Assembly: GCF_036321535.1 (NCBI RefSeq)
Contig: NC_087438.1
Location: 9,550,001-9,614,000 of the forward strand
From: Camelus dromedarius
Taxonomy: Eukaryota
DNA length: 64,000 nucleotides
Reading direction: 5' to 3'
How positions within the stretch are numbered: the stretch's first letter is position 1; the number at the start of each line of letters is the position of its first letter. The position numbers and the translations under genes are program-made. Shown here piece after piece: positions 61,731 to 64,000 of the stretch. Below the pieces are notes generated by a model. That model was given only the letters and a program-made list of their open reading frames with translations. It was not told the origin of the DNA and made no database searches.

Positions 61731-62390
61731 CTGCTGTGATGATTTCTAAGTAACAAATTTATTTTCTGTCCCCGTGTGATGATTTATTTGTTTTAGGAAC
61801 TGTCAGTGCAACTAAATGTTGGGAATTTTGGAAGTCAGTTTCCTATGGATGTCTCAGCCCAGAGAGGCTCCTAATTCTCTTTACTAGTCTATAATTCATT
61901 ACACTACTCCGAAATGTCTCACATGGTGTTCCGCAGATCATAAGCCCCACAAAATGTTCTGCAGTAAGAAACTTCCTGTTACCAAATGACTTGGGGATCC
62001 AGCATTCCATCGTAGCCTTCCTGGAGAACCACAACGCACGTTGGAAAAGGCATTCATGTCTTTCAGTAAAGAAACAACAGAATGTGTGTTGCTTAATCTT
62101 CATTCCCAATACGATTTGAATTTGTCCATGAAATGCTTTTTTAATACACTGTTTATTAATATCCTACTGAGTAGATTTTTGTGAAAAGCTGTTCTTAGAC
62201 CTGTTTTGAAACCCATATTCTTGCCTCAATTTCATAAATCAACCCCAAGATTAGGATTTTGAGTGTGACATCAGCTGATCATGAGAAGACCCTCTAACAC
62301 CTGACAGTAACGTTCTTTGCTGAGAGCACCAATGTCATAGAACCTATGTGGGCAGATTAGGTAACAATGCCAGCTACGCTCTATTACCCC

Positions 62391-62874
62391 ACAACAGGCA
62401 GAATAATGGCTTCCCCCAAAATGGCCAAGTCCTAATCTCTAGAACCTGGAATATGTTATATTATATGGCAAGCAAAAACTAAGTTTGCAAATAGTTAAGG
62501 TTGCTAACTATCCAACTTTAAGATAAAGAGAGTATCCTTCATTTTCCGAATAATTGTAATCATAATTCCCCTTAAAAAGGTCAGAACTAGAGATATGGCA
62601 GCATGAGAAGGACTCCACTGGCCACTGCTGGCTTTGAAGGCCGAAGCAGGCTGTGAGCCACAATGTGCAGGCAGCCCCTAAGAGTTTTAAGAGGCAGGAG
62701 AATAAATTCTTCAGTAGGGCTTGAAGACGGAACACATCTTGCCAACACCTTGATTTTAACCCAGTGAGATCCACTTCAGGCTTCTGACCCCCAGACCTGT
62801 AAAAGAGTAAATTCATGTTGCTTTAAGCCACTAAATTTTGGTAGTTTGTTATTGAAGCAATAGGAAACTAACAC
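62391..62874 (+). mobile_element. MLT1D/E-like LTR
   Basis: aggcagaataatggcttcccccaaaat..cttgccaacaccttgattttaacccagtgaga..ttaagccactaaattttggtagtttgtt..aggaaactaacaca. Confidence 0.85.
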
Positions 62875-63425
62875 AGAACCTCACCTAATTTAGATGGATC
62901 TTACAAATTGTTTGTTTCCAAGGGTAAGTTGTATGCTTGCTAGAGAAGTTGCATTATAGGTAATTATAAGTGCTTAGTCCTCATTTTGCATGCCAGTTAT
63001 GTTTTAAATATTTATAACCTATTTTTTATTATATGAGAGCAATAGCAAGGTCATCCTAATTACCAGATATACTTTGCAGATCAGAGCATAGGGTATCTGC
63101 TACTGGGGAATGGTGTATTTGTTGATTGGAAGTAATTTTCCAGAGCAAATTTGTGCTTAACATTAAGGTGAAAAATACTACACATCAACTGTGTGTGCTT
63201 CATTTGATTCAGTCAAACCAGGGCTCAGTCACTCCTGCATTTGTCACTTCCCATGCTGAGCCCAGTAGTAACAATTCATTCAACAAATACTGATTGTCTT
63301 GCATGGTTCTAGGTACTGTGATGGAGACGACGTCCCTGTCCCAGTGTAGCTCACAACCCAGTAGATGTAGACAGTCAATGAAAAAGCAGACAAATAGCTA
63401 CATGATATTTGCCTCTCAAGTGAAG

Positions 63426-64000
63426 TGTGGTTTATTAGTTTCCTGGGGCTGCCACAGCAAAGTAACACAACTGGATGGCTTTGATGGGTATTTATTTACT
63501 CATAGGTCTGGATACAAGTATGAAAGCAAGTGTTGACTGAAAAATAATGCACAACCTAAAAGTTTGGAATTATGTTTTGCTCAGCAGAGTTACTGAGGAC
63601 TATAGCCTGGAGACAGCTGCTCAGATAGCTCTGAGGGACTGTTTCAAAGAGGTAAGAGATAAGCCAAGATACATAGGTTTTGCTGAGAAAACATGTAGTC
63701 AAGCATCAAAAAATTACTGCTAATCACAAAAAAAAAAAAATATGAAAATCTCAATTTAATTATTTTGGTGCTTTTCTTTGTATAGGAGATGCAAGAGTCT
63801 GGGTTTATTGAATTATTCCTTTGATACGCACCTTAACTATCTAGGGCCAGTATCCTGTTTTTCTCCATCCTGAATGCCCCTCAGGGTGCATCACTGGGGA
63901 CAACTGCAGTGGCTAATCGTTTTACTGCCACAACATCTTTGGTTACTGAAACAGCAGGTGACATTCTTTTGTCCACACAAGGTATTGGCAGGGTCGGTTC
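63426..64000 (-). mobile_element. MLT1 LTR (runs off the window) interrupted by an ERV1 LTR
   Basis: tattagtttcctggggctgccacagcaaagtaacacaactggatggc..tgaaagcaag | gtattggcagggtcggttc. Confidence 0.75.
63531..63977 (-). mobile_element. Lineage-specific ERV1-type solo LTR with perfect TSD CAAG
   Basis: TGT..ACA termini with CAAG at 63527-63530 and 63978-63981. Shares gaggactatagcc..cagatagctctgag..ctgtttcaaag with the LTR at 29405-29899. Confidence 0.85.

Overview
AT-rich, CpG-depleted mammalian genomic DNA. It is probably camelid: short L1 3'-end fragments resemble camelid L1 tails as I remember them, and I saw no Alu, B1, Bov-tA or PRE1 SINEs. No protein-coding gene, RNA gene or CRISPR array is recognisable. 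Most ORF-track entries are chance ORFs or decayed L1/L2/ERV coding remnants. The window is dense in interspersed repeats: old L1M, L2 and MIR; DNA-transposon fossils (MER5A, MER20, MER58A, MER8-like); about a dozen MaLR/MLT LTRs; a deleted two-LTR LTR16/ERVL provirus; and several ERV1/ERV2 solo LTRs, several with readable target-site duplications (TSDs) and nesting. Repeat family names come from remembered consensus sequences, not a search. The most interesting non-repeat signal is a chain of minus-strand splice signals from ~51.2 kb to a poly(A) signal at 39.8 kb, which would form a 4-exon lncRNA-like transcript. It has RFX X-boxes nearby, an exon closed by a perfect 12-bp stem, and an 88-codon AUG-less spliced frame containing a degenerate zinc-knuckle-like motif. 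A second promoter/first-exon-like region at ~11 kb holds three tandem ARE-like motifs. These transcript models are inferences from motifs only.
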